A DNA stretch of 64,000 bases from Marinobacter excellens HL-55 (GTDB taxonomy: Bacteria; Pseudomonadota; Gammaproteobacteria; Pseudomonadales; Oleiphilaceae): positions 107,755 through 171,754 of the forward strand of contig LJZQ01000005.1 in NCBI GenBank assembly GCA_001314845.1, in the 5' to 3' direction. Below the pieces are notes generated by a model. The model saw nothing but the letters and a program-made list of their open reading frames with translations, did not search any database and was not told the origin of the DNA. Of this stretch, positions 17,504 to 26,638 are shown piece by piece. The position numbers were made by a program, and so were the translations under genes. Within the stretch, counting starts at the first letter, position 1. Each line of letters starts with the position of its first letter.

Positions 17504-17532
17504 GAGTATTCCGGAGCCGCTTTCGTTATAAT
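17490..17532 (+). promoter_or_regulatory. Candidate FNR/ANR class II promoter for the ccm operon
   Basis: TTGAT-GTCG-GGCAA (8/10 to TTGAT-N4-ATCAA) at 17490-17503 and a perfect TATAAT at 17527-17532; site centre about -42. Confidence 0.55.
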
Positions 17533-17638
17533 ACTGGCCGCTGGCAACGACTGCCTTGATTTCATGTTGGCACCTGCGTGACCTTCATCCATACACCCGA
17601 TGCCCGCTGGGCATCCTTCGTTCTGAACCGGGGCCCTG

Positions 17639-18274
17639 ATGTCCGAGCCTTTACTGCAGGCAATTGATCTCGAGTGTGAACGGGATGAGCGCCTGCTGTT
17701 CAAGAACCTGTCCTTCTCCATATTGCCCGGTACCTTGACTCGTGTCGAGGGTGCCAATGGCTCTGGCAAGACAACTCTGTTGCGGATACTGGCGGGCCTG
17801 AACGATGCCTGGGCAGGCCATTTACTTTGGTGTGGCAAGTCCAGAGCTTATGACCGCGAATCGTTTCATCGCAACACGCTGTATCTGGGGCATCGCCCGG
17901 GCATCAAGCCGCTTTTGACGCCGATGGAAAATCTGCGTGCGCTGATGGCCGGTCGACGGCCGGTGACTGATGATGTGCTGCAACAGGCACTCGAGGGTAC
18001 AGGACTGGCCGGTTATGGCGATGTGCCCTGCCGCAACCTGTCTGCTGGCCAGCAGCGCAGAGTCGCGCTGGCCAGGTTGCTGATCGCTGACGAGCCGCTT
18101 TGGTTGCTCGATGAAGTCTTCACGGCGATTGATGCTGAGGGGGTCAGCGCTATTGAAACCCTGCTCCAGCAAAGAGCCGCTGAAGGTGGTGCCGTTCTTG
18201 TGACCACGCACCATGATCTGCAGTTGCCGGGCATGGGGCGGATTGTACTGGGCGAGGGGCAGAGTAATGGGTAG
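17639..18274 (+). CDS. ccmA: Heme export ABC ATPase CcmA
   Basis: GANGSGKTT, LSAGQQRR, LDEVFTAID. Confidence 0.96.
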   Translation: MSEPLLQAIDLECERDERLLFKNLSFSILPGTLTRVEGANGSGKTTLLRILAGLNDAWAGHLLWCGKSRAYDRESFHRNTLYLGHRPGIKPLLTPMENLRALMAGRRPVTDDVLQQALEGTGLAGYGDVPCRNLSAGQQRRVALARLLIADEPLWLLDEVFTAIDAEGVSAIETLLQQRAAEGGAVLVTTHHDLQLPGMGRIVLGEGQSNG

Positions 18275-18992
18275 TGCGGGCGGGGCGCTTATCAAGCCGG
18301 TTGAGCAGGGCGTGAGCCCTCTCAGTGCGATGGGGGCGGTGTTTGGCCGTGACGTTCGAGTGGCCTTCCGGCAACGGCAGGATCTGCTGAACCCTCTGTT
18401 ATTCTTTGTGATGGTGGTATCCCTTTTTCCCCTGGGGGTTAGCCCTGAAGTGTCATTTCTACAGCAGTCCGGTGCTGGTATTCTGTGGGTTGCGGCACTG
18501 CTGGCGGTGTTGTTGTCGCTGGATCATTTGTTTCGGCATGATTTTGACGACGGCACGCTGGAGCAACTGGTGCTTCAACCGCAGCCTCTGTTCTTGCTGG
18601 TGTTGGCGAAAACACTGGCGCACTGGATGCTCACCGGGTTGCCGCTGGTGATACTGGCTCCGGTTTTGGGCGTAATGGTTCATCTTGACGGGAACTCTAT
18701 TGCAATTCTGTGTCTAACGCTGCTGATCGGCACCCCGGTGCTCAGTTTGATTGGTTCTATTGGCGCTGCGTTAACACTGGGGTTGCGCTCTGCTGGAGTG
18801 CTCTTGTCTTTGCTGATTATTCCGCTGTACATTCCCGTGCTGATTTTCGGTACCGGAACCGTTGCGGCAGCTGCTGAAGGCGCTCCGGTGGGTGGTTATC
18901 TGGCGTTAATGGGAGCATTCCTGGTGCTTGCGCTCACCCTCGCCCCTTTCGCATCGGCAGCAGCGCTGAGGATCAGCTTGTCCAACAGCTAA
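18267..18992 (+). CDS. ccmB: Heme export permease CcmB
   Basis: NPLLFFVMVVSLFPLG, DFDDGTLEQL, PLYIPVLIFG; start moved to ATG 18267. Confidence 0.96.
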   Translation: MGSAGGALIKPVEQGVSPLSAMGAVFGRDVRVAFRQRQDLLNPLLFFVMVVSLFPLGVSPEVSFLQQSGAGILWVAALLAVLLSLDHLFRHDFDDGTLEQLVLQPQPLFLLVLAKTLAHWMLTGLPLVILAPVLGVMVHLDGNSIAILCLTLLIGTPVLSLIGSIGAALTLGLRSAGVLLSLLIIPLYIPVLIFGTGTVAAAAEGAPVGGYLALMGAFLVLALTLAPFASAAALRISLSNS

Positions 18993-19049
18993 TGGCGGGT
19001 GCCGGCCCGCTGGCAAACTAACAGTCAACACAGAGACGGTGACCAACTG

Positions 19050-19793
19050 ATGTGGCAATGGTTTCACAAATTGGGTTCCCCAAAGTGGTTCTTCGGGATT
19101 GCTACCCGGTTTATGCCCTGGCTGCTGGCCGGGGGCTTGCTCTTGCTGGCGGCGGGACTGACCTGGGGGTTGGCGTTTGCTCCTGAAGACTACCTGCAGG
19201 GCAACAGCTACCGGATTATTTTTATCCATGTCCCCAGCGCCTTTTTGGCCCAGTCGATCTACATCAGCATGGCGGTTGCCGCGGTGGTCACGCTGGTGTG
19301 GCGGATGAAGCTGGCCGATGTATTTGTCAAGGCAATCGCACCGGTTGGCCTGGTCTTTACTTTTCTCTCGCTGTTCACTGGCGCGGTCTGGGGTAAGCCG
19401 ACCTGGGGCACCTGGTGGGTATGGGACGCCCGGTTGACCTCCATGCTGATCCTGCTGTTCCTCTACGGAGGTGTTATTGCCCTTGATCGTGCAATCAACG
19501 ATGAAAAGTCAGCGGCCCGCGCTGTGGCGGTGCTGGTGCTGGTGGGGGTAGTAAATATTCCCATTATCAAATACTCCGTGGACTGGTGGAATACGCTGCA
19601 TCAACCGGCCACGTTCAAACTGACTGAAAAGCCAACCATGCCCATGGAAATGTGGCTGCCATTGTTACTCTCCGTACTGGGGCTTTATTTATTGTTTGGT
19701 TGGTTGACCTGTATCCGAATGAAAACCGAAATTCTGATACGCGAACAGCGAACTCGATGGGTCAGAGAGCTGGTAATGGCGGGAGGCAAGTGA
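19050..19793 (+). CDS. ccmC: Heme transfer protein CcmC
   Basis: IHVP, WWD motif [22 protein letters not shown]; start moved to ATG 19050. Confidence 0.97.
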   Translation: MWQWFHKLGSPKWFFGIATRFMPWLLAGGLLLLAAGLTWGLAFAPEDYLQGNSYRIIFIHVPSAFLAQSIYISMAVAAVVTLVWRMKLADVFVKAIAPVGLVFTFLSLFTGAVWGKPTWGTWWVWDARLTSMLILLFLYGGVIALDRAINDEKSAARAVAVLVLVGVVNIPIIKYSVDWWNTLHQPATFKLTEKPTMPMEMWLPLLLSVLGLYLLFGWLTCIRMKTEILIREQRTRWVRELVMAGGK

Positions 19794-19796
19794 CCG

Positions 19797-20033
19797 ATGG
19801 CGTTTGATTCGTTCTCAGCGTTCATTATTATGGAAGGCCACGGCCCGTATGTCTGGGCTTGTTACGCGGTATTTGCCGTGTTGGTTGCCGGCCTGATGAT
19901 CTGGTCGGTAAAGCGTCACCAATCGGTTATGGACGCCTGTCAGCGTCGCTATGTGCACGACGCAAAGAATTCAGGGCGGCCCGCTCAAAAAGCGTCGGCG
20001 ACCTTTACCCGTGTTGAAATTTCCCAAGACTGA
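19797..20033 (+). CDS. ccmD: CcmD
   Basis: [20 protein letters not shown]; small single-TM protein between ccmC and ccmE. Confidence 0.9.
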   Translation: MAFDSFSAFIIMEGHGPYVWACYAVFAVLVAGLMIWSVKRHQSVMDACQRRYVHDAKNSGRPAQKASATFTRVEISQD

Positions 20034-20047
20034 AAAGCAGGTACTTC

Positions 20048-20527
20048 ATGCATCCGATTCGTAAAAAACGATTGACCATCGTGCTGTTTCTGGTCGCCGG
20101 GCTTGCTATTGCTGTCGGCCTGACCACTTATGCGCTTCGCCAGAATATCAACCTGTTCTATGATCCCAGTCAGATTGCGGCGGGCGAGGTGCCTGTTGAT
20201 GTTCGTATCCGGGCTGGCGGTATGGTTGAGGAGGGCAGCGTGGTGCGCGATCCGGACAGCCTGAAAGTGGAATTCCGCGTGACGGACTTTTCGGCTTCGG
20301 TACCAATGGAATACGTCGGCATCCTGCCAGATCTGTTTGCGGAAGGTCAGGGCGTGGTGGCCATGGGCCGCATGGATGCTAACGGTCGGTTTATAGCGGA
20401 CCAGGTGCTGGCCAAGCACGACGAACAATACATGCCGCCGGAAGTTGCTGAAGCTTTGGAGCGTGCTTCGAAAGGCCAGCACAAAGCCGCCGATGCGGAG
20501 AAAGCTGCAGAATCCGCCGCCTACTAA
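20048..20527 (+). CDS. ccmE: Heme chaperone CcmE
   Basis: [10 protein letters not shown], heme-binding [13 protein letters not shown]. Confidence 0.97.
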   Translation: MHPIRKKRLTIVLFLVAGLAIAVGLTTYALRQNINLFYDPSQIAAGEVPVDVRIRAGGMVEEGSVVRDPDSLKVEFRVTDFSASVPMEYVGILPDLFAEGQGVVAMGRMDANGRFIADQVLAKHDEQYMPPEVAEALERASKGQHKAADAEKAAESAAY

Positions 20528-20565
20528 CCTAACCCATTGCACCATTCCCCTGCTGGAGGAACCCG

Positions 20566-22560
20566 ATGTACCCGGAACTCGGACAGCTTGCACTGATAAT
20601 CGCGCTGTTACTGGCAGTACTCCTTTCCACGGTCCCGTTGGCCGGTGCCCTGACCGGGCGTGACAGCCTGCAGGCATTTGCCCGGCCGCTGTCGGCCGGC
20701 ATGTTTGTGTTCACCGGCGTGTCGTTTGCCGTGCTGACCCATGCCTTCATGGTGGACGATTTCTCAGTCGCCTATGTTGCCAATAACAGCAACAGCATGT
20801 TGCCATGGTATTACAAGTTCAGTGCGGTCTGGGGTGGCCATGAGGGCTCACTGCTGTTGTGGATTCTGATGCTGGCGGGCTGGACCCTGGCCGTGGCGAT
20901 GTTCAGTCGCAAGCTTCCATCGGTCATGGTGTCGCAGGTGCTGTCTGTCATGGGCATGATCTGCGTCGGGTTTTTCCTGTTTATCGTCATTACCTCCAAT
21001 CCCTTCGAGCGCATTTTGCCAAACATTCCGGCCGACGGCAGTGATCTGAATCCGCTGCTGCAGGACATCGGTCTGATTCTGCATCCGCCCATGCTGTACA
21101 TGGGGTACGTTGGCTTCTCGGTTGCCTTTGCCTTTGCCATTGCGGCACTGATCAATGGCAAGCTGGATGCCGCCTGGGCCCGGTGGTCACGGCCCTGGAC
21201 GACGGTGGCCTGGTCCTTCCTGACCCTGGGTATTGCCTTGGGCAGTTGGTGGGCCTATTACGAGCTTGGCTGGGGCGGCTGGTGGTTCTGGGACCCGGTG
21301 GAAAACGCCTCATTGTTGCCCTGGCTGTCGGGTACCGCACTGATGCATTCCCTGGCGGTGACTGAAAAACGCGGCGTGTTCAAGAGCTGGACCGTGTTGT
21401 TGGCGATCGTCACCTTCTCCCTGAGCTTGTTGGGTGCATTCCTGGTGCGTTCCGGCGTACTGACTTCGGTGCACTCCTTCGCCGCCGACCCGGAGCGTGG
21501 CTCATTCTTGCTGGCCTTGCTCGGTATCACGGTTGTTTCAAGCCTGGTGTTGTACGCATTCCGGGCGCCCGTTGTGCATGTGCGCTCGCGTTATGACTCG
21601 CTGTCGCGGGAGATTTTCCTTCTGTTGAACAATGTTTTGCTGGTGGCGGCAACACTGCTGGTCGCTATCGGAACCCTGTACCCGCTGGTACTGGATTACC
21701 TGAACATGGGTAAGCTGTCCATTGGTGAGCCTTTCTTCAACGCCACTTTCAGCCCGATGGCGGTGGCCGCGGGACTGTTGTTGGGCGCCGGTATTTTCTC
21801 GCGCTGGAAGAAGACCGATGGTGGCTGGCTTGCGCGCAAGTTGCTGTGGCCACTGGCGGTCAGCGTGGTGGCAACAACCGGCGTCATGCTGATTTACGGC
21901 GGCTTTGCGCCCTGGGCCTTTGCCGGCGTATTTGCCTCGGTATGGGTGACGGTTGCCACTGCCTGGGACCTTTGGGACAAGTCGTCGTCTCGCCAGGGGC
22001 GCTGGCACGGTTTGAAGCGTCAGTCACGCAGCTACTACGGCATGGTATTCGGCCATCTGGGCCTGGCCATGGTGATGGCGGGTGCCACCGTGGTGTCAAA
22101 CTATGGCATCGAGCGGGATGTGCGAATGGTGCCTGGTGATTCTGCCATGGTGGGAGACTATCAAGTTGTGTTCACCGGCATCGGCGATCGTCGAGGTGCC
22201 AATTTTACCGCTGAGTATGGCAGTTTTGATGTCTTCCTCGACGGCAAGCAGGTCGCCGAGTTGCACCCGGAAAAACGTCACTATCCGGTCGATATGAGTG
22301 TGATGACCGAGGCTGATATTGATGGCGGTCTGTTCCGGGACGTCTTTATTGCCATCGGCGAGCGCATCACCGATGAGGCCTGGGCGATCCGCCTGCAGTA
22401 CAAGCCGCTGGTTCGCTGGCTCTGGCTGGGCTCACTGGTGATGGCAATTGGTGGTTTCCTGGCTATTTCAGACAAGCGCTACCGGATTCGCGTTCGCTCG
22501 GAGGCGAAAGTGGATACCGGTAACGAGGCCGGCGCCGCGCCTGCGGAGGCCCGCGCATGA
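20566..22560 (+). CDS. ccmF: Heme lyase CcmF
   Basis: WAYYELGWGGWWFWDPVEN, SVHSF, multiple TM helices. Confidence 0.98.
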   Translation: MYPELGQLALIIALLLAVLLSTVPLAGALTGRDSLQAFARPLSAGMFVFTGVSFAVLTHAFMVDDFSVAYVANNSNSMLPWYYKFSAVWGGHEGSLLLWILMLAGWTLAVAMFSRKLPSVMVSQVLSVMGMICVGFFLFIVITSNPFERILPNIPADGSDLNPLLQDIGLILHPPMLYMGYVGFSVAFAFAIAALINGKLDAAWARWSRPWTTVAWSFLTLGIALGSWWAYYELGWGGWWFWDPVENASLLPWLSGTALMHSLAVTEKRGVFKSWTVLLAIVTFSLSLLGAFLVRSGVLTSVHSFAADPERGSFLLALLGITVVSSLVLYAFRAPVVHVRSRYDSLSREIFLLLNNVLLVAATLLVAIGTLYPLVLDYLNMGKLSIGEPFFNATFSPMAVAAGLLLGAGIFSRWKKTDGGWLARKLLWPLAVSVVATTGVMLIYGGFAPWAFAGVFASVWVTVATAWDLWDKSSSRQGRWHGLKRQSRSYYGMVFGHLGLAMVMAGATVVSNYGIERDVRMVPGDSAMVGDYQVVFTGIGDRRGANFTAEYGSFDVFLDGKQVAELHPEKRHYPVDMSVMTEADIDGGLFRDVFIAIGERITDEAWAIRLQYKPLVRWLWLGSLVMAIGGFLAISDKRYRIRVRSEAKVDTGNEAGAAPAEARA

Positions 22561-23093
22561 AAAGGCTGATGCTGTTTCTGCCGCTGATATTGGCGGTGGG
22601 CGTCGGTATTTTTCTGGCGGCCGGAATTGGGAAAGACCCGACCAGACTGGAGTCTGCGTTGATCGGGAAGCCAGTACCGGAATTCAGCCTGGCCAACCTA
22701 CGGGAGCCAGGCCAGACCCTCGATCAGTCATTGTTCCGTGGTGAAGTGGCGCTGCTCAACGTCTGGGCCGAGTGGTGCCCCGCCTGCTGGGATGAACACG
22801 AAGACTTGATGTGGCTGGCCAATGAGAAAGGCGTTCGCATTGTCGGTTTGAACTACAAGGATGAGAAAGAGAAAGCGTTTAGCTTTCTTGATCGGCTGGG
22901 CGATCCTTACCAGACCATTATTTACGATCCCCGGGGCAGTCTCGGGTTTGACCTCGGGGTATACGGTGCCCCGGAAACCTTTGTGATTGATGCTGAAGGG
23001 GTTGTTCGTTACCGACACGTTGGTGTTGTGAATGAGCGGGTCTGGGAAGAAATCCTGTTGCCGGTGATCAACCGGGTAGAGGGGAAAAGCTGA
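22557..23093 (+). CDS. ccmG: Thiol-disulfide oxidoreductase CcmG/DsbE
   Basis: WAEWCPAC, GVYGAPETF. Confidence 0.96.
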   Translation: MKRLMLFLPLILAVGVGIFLAAGIGKDPTRLESALIGKPVPEFSLANLREPGQTLDQSLFRGEVALLNVWAEWCPACWDEHEDLMWLANEKGVRIVGLNYKDEKEKAFSFLDRLGDPYQTIIYDPRGSLGFDLGVYGAPETFVIDAEGVVRYRHVGVVNERVWEEILLPVINRVEGKS

Positions 23094-23578
23094 TGCGATT
23101 TATGCCCATCTTTCTTGCGGCAATGTGGGTGTTTGCCGCGACGGCACACGCCCAGGGGGAGGCGCCGGAATTCTACGATTTCGACACCCAGGCTGAGGAA
23201 CAGCGGTTCCGAGGTCTGATTGCGGAATTGCGCTGCCCCAAGTGTCAGAACCAGAACATTGCTGACTCCAACGCGCCGATCTCCAAGGATATGCGTGACC
23301 AGGTTTACCTGCTGATGCAGTCCGGTGCCACTGACGATGAGATTGTTGGTGCCCTGGTGGATCGTTTTGGTGAGTTCGTAAAGTACAAGCCGCCGGTGGA
23401 TCGCCGCACCATACTGCTTTGGGGGTTTCCCGCGATTGCCGTCTTTGGGGGTTTCATGATCGTGGCCGGTGTGGTGATCAGGTCGCGAAAACAGAGCCCG
23501 GAACCGGCACTGAGCGCGGAAGAGCAGGCAAGAGTCAGGCAAATGCTGGCCGACAGGGATCCGTCGTCGCGCAGCTGA
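23093..23578 (+). CDS. ccmH: CcmH (CycL)
   Basis: LRCPKCQNQNIADS. Confidence 0.96.
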   Translation: MRFMPIFLAAMWVFAATAHAQGEAPEFYDFDTQAEEQRFRGLIAELRCPKCQNQNIADSNAPISKDMRDQVYLLMQSGATDDEIVGALVDRFGEFVKYKPPVDRRTILLWGFPAIAVFGGFMIVAGVVIRSRKQSPEPALSAEEQARVRQMLADRDPSSRS

Positions 23579-23614
23579 TCCCTGCAACACATTATTCAAC
23601 TGTGATGATACTCC

Positions 23615-24886
23615 ATGACTGAAACATTCTGGATTGCCGCAACGGTACTCATTCTTGGCGCATTGGCGTTTGTGTTGTATCCCGTTTTTTTCCATCGGGC
23701 CCGATCAAGCCGGGAAACCGACCAGAGAAATCAGAACCTGCTCGCCTATCGCAGTCGGCTCAAAGAGCTGGAGGCTGAATACGAGGCCGGCGTACTGGAC
23801 GACGAAAACTACCATCTGCTCAAAGATGAACTGGCTGGGGCCATGCTGGATGACGTGCCGGAGCAGTATGAACCGGAGAAGCGTATTCCGGGCCGGCGCA
23901 GTGCGGTTGTTCTTGCGTTGGCAACGGTTCTGTTACTGCCCGCAGGTACCTTTCTCGCCTATGAGAGGTGGGGTTCCATGGATCAGGTTGAGCAGTATCT
24001 GGCCATGCAGGAAATGAACGCGACGGGCGATCAACAGGCTGCCAGGGTGTCGGAATTGGCGGAGCAGCTGCGAGCCCGGCTTGAGAGCAACCCGGATAAT
24101 GCCGACGGTTGGGCCATGCTGGGCCAGACCTACATGCGCATTGAACGTTATCAGGACGCAGCCAACGCCTTTCAGCGCCTGGCCTCGGCGGTAGCTGAGG
24201 ATACTGAGTCCAGCGCGGTGGCCCTGGGGCTTGCGGCACAGGCGCTGTTTTTTGATAGTGAAGGGGAGTTGACTCCAGAAGTCACCGAGGCGATCGAAGC
24301 AGCGCAATCGCTTAACCCGGATGAGGTCAACTCTTTGGGTCTGTTGGGTATCAGTGCGTTCAGTCGCCAGGACTATCAAGCTGCTATTGAACACTGGGAA
24401 AGAATTGTTGCAGTGGCTCCGGATCACCCGCAAATTGCGTCGATTCGCGGCGGCATCGACGAGTCCTATCGCCGACTAGGCCAGCAGCCTTCTGACGGTC
24501 AAAGCCAGAGTGAGCCGGTAACAGAGGCCGGCCCAGGGGTGTCTTTACGGGTCTCCCTGGATGAAGGTTTCAGCAGTCAGGTTCCGGATGATACCACCCT
24601 GTTTATCTTTGCTCGCTCAACCAAAACGACCGAGGGAGCGCCGGTCGCGGTTGCACGTCTCACCGCAGGCTCGCTGCCGGCAGACATCCGGCTGGATGAT
24701 CGCTACGCGATGTCGCCGGAATCAACCATTTCTGGCGAGCAGGAAGTGGTGATCATCGCTCGCCTGAGCCGGTCTGGCAGCGTCAATCCGCAACCGGGTG
24801 ACTGGCAGGGCCGGATTGAAGCGCAGGTGATGGGATCAGAAGCTGAGCCGGTAGAGCTGGTCATTAATCAGGAACTGACGAACTGA
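23615..24886 (+). CDS. ccmI: CcmI (CycH) TPR apocytochrome chaperone
   Basis: N-terminal TM, YRSRLKELE, TPRs (GWAMLGQTY), C-terminal IARLSRSG. Confidence 0.93.
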   Translation: MTETFWIAATVLILGALAFVLYPVFFHRARSSRETDQRNQNLLAYRSRLKELEAEYEAGVLDDENYHLLKDELAGAMLDDVPEQYEPEKRIPGRRSAVVLALATVLLLPAGTFLAYERWGSMDQVEQYLAMQEMNATGDQQAARVSELAEQLRARLESNPDNADGWAMLGQTYMRIERYQDAANAFQRLASAVAEDTESSAVALGLAAQALFFDSEGELTPEVTEAIEAAQSLNPDEVNSLGLLGISAFSRQDYQAAIEHWERIVAVAPDHPQIASIRGGIDESYRRLGQQPSDGQSQSEPVTEAGPGVSLRVSLDEGFSSQVPDDTTLFIFARSTKTTEGAPVAVARLTAGSLPADIRLDDRYAMSPESTISGEQEVVIIARLSRSGSVNPQPGDWQGRIEAQVMGSEAEPVELVINQELTN

Positions 24887-24907
24887 GTTGTTGTTCCAGC
24901 GAGCCCG

Positions 24908-26638
24908 TCAATCTGACAGGCTCGCTGGATATAACGGCGCCAGTCCTGCTGAGGCTGACCTGGCCGCCGTTCGAGTTGCTCTCAGCCGCTCAAGGGCATT
25001 GATCAGGCGTTTGATTGCGTCATCGCCGACGCTGCTCCGGTGGTTCGAGAAAAGGCCTTCCTGGAACCTTCTCATGGCGTCGGCCAGGGCCGAATCACCA
25101 CAGATCTCGAACACATCCTCCAGAGTCACTAACTGTTGCTCCGGGTACCTGAGCCGAGCCCAACTCACCAATAATGCAGAACTTTGTCCTGATCCCGCCT
25201 GAATGGCGTCCTTGAGTCTGGTGAAGGCCTGCGTTTCGCTGGCATCGTCAGTATTCCCGGCCTGAGGCTGTGCGTCGCGCTGTCTTCGGGAGAACCACCA
25301 GAATGCCGCAGTCATAAGCCACAGTCCCGTCATAACGATCGTGCTGACAAACCAGAACGATGATTCATCGGTCGCCGGATTTTCAACGGCAATATCCGGT
25401 GTCTGATCCCCGGCAGGCGGCGTTACGTCTTCAATCGGAGGTGTAACGATCGCCCGGCCACCGTCTATCTTATAACGGCGCTCCGGTAGTTCAGCGTACT
25501 CAAGTTCGTCGCTCTCGGTGTTCCACCAAGGTATTCGAATGGCCGGCAGAACGGCGTCGCCAGCCTGCACAGGTACAAGGGCAGAGATTTGCTGCAGGGT
25601 GGAGCGCAGCCCGTCTGCGGTGGTCTCGGTGTTGCGGAGAGGTTGCTCCGGATAGCTTCGAATGGCATCTGGCACGGTTTGCGGCAGTGTCGGCAGTGCT
25701 TCGGACGGCAAGCCAAGAGCTTGCAGCGTCAACTTTCGGTTCAAGTTGGTGCCGGCGCTCAGCTCCCCGGTCGATGGCAAACCCTCCTCGCTCAGTGTCA
25801 TGCTTGCGGCGGGTAGCCAGGGCTGACCAGCCGGGTATTGGTCGGGCACGGGTTTTACCTGAACGTCGAACAATTGTTGGCGGTCGCGCAGGAATCTCAG
25901 CTGGCCCGAAGCATCCCGTGCCTGGCCTTCAAAGCTAATCGGGGCCAGGCTGAGCTCCCCCGGCTGCTGCGGAAAAATAGCATAGCGGCGTTCAACCACC
26001 CGGTAACGAGTACCGTTGCGATATCGGGCAAACTCACGCTGCTTGCCCAGGGATTCAATAATGGCATCGGGGTGCTCGGGTTCGGAGAGTTCGCCCCGGA
26101 TCAGGTTGCCTGAAAAATACAGCTGGATGGTCAGAATCAACTGCTCCTGAACATAGACCTCCGCTTTGTCTGCCGACAATTCGATAAAGCTGTCCCGGCT
26201 TGGGGCAGGTTGATTTGGCGGTGAGCCATCCAGCACCTCAACCGTCACCGGGCTGGAGGTGGAGTCCTGAAAGGTCAGCTCAGGAATGGTCAGGGTGCCG
26301 GAGCGGGTTGGGGCAAGCTGGTACGTCCAGGTGATCTCGCCAACCATTTCGTTGTTCACGGTTTGCACGCTGTACCGTTGATTCCGTGCAAGAATCTCGA
26401 ACTCAGGCTCAACTTCTTCGATGTTGGGCGAGGGCAGTTGCGACAGGTCAAAGCTGAACAAATTGGTCAGATTGATGTCTATTTTCATGGCGCCTTTGAC
26501 GGTCAGAGTCAGTATCTCGCCCTCGTAAAGCTGGGTGCGGTCCGGTTCAACGGTCAGTGCGTTGGCCCAGGCTGCAGGGGCTGTCATCATGAGCAGCAAC
26601 CACAGGCTGACGGCCGAGGTCAGAAAACGTTTTACCAT
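24908..26638 (-). CDS. batD: BatD-family protein
   Basis: Signal peptide, beta-rich repeats (AEVYVQEQLILT, RRYAIFPQQPG, IPWWN), C-terminal TM; last gene of MoxR-VWA operon; start set at 26638. Confidence 0.85.
   Translation of the reverse strand: MVKRFLTSAVSLWLLLMMTAPAAWANALTVEPDRTQLYEGEILTLTVKGAMKIDINLTNLFSFDLSQLPSPNIEEVEPEFEILARNQRYSVQTVNNEMVGEITWTYQLAPTRSGTLTIPELTFQDSTSSPVTVEVLDGSPPNQPAPSRDSFIELSADKAEVYVQEQLILTIQLYFSGNLIRGELSEPEHPDAIIESLGKQREFARYRNGTRYRVVERRYAIFPQQPGELSLAPISFEGQARDASGQLRFLRDRQQLFDVQVKPVPDQYPAGQPWLPAASMTLSEEGLPSTGELSAGTNLNRKLTLQALGLPSEALPTLPQTVPDAIRSYPEQPLRNTETTADGLRSTLQQISALVPVQAGDAVLPAIRIPWWNTESDELEYAELPERRYKIDGGRAIVTPPIEDVTPPAGDQTPDIAVENPATDESSFWFVSTIVMTGLWLMTAAFWWFSRRQRDAQPQAGNTDDASETQAFTRLKDAIQAGSGQSSALLVSWARLRYPEQQLVTLEDVFEICGDSALADAMRRFQEGLFSNHRSSVGDDAIKRLINALERLRATRTAARSASAGLAPLYPASLSD

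Noticed and set aside
17504-17638. sigma28 or sigma54 promoter for the FliK-like gene
   Set aside because: TCAAG/GCCAGTAT spacing is 2 bp off and the TGGCA elements lack the GC at -12
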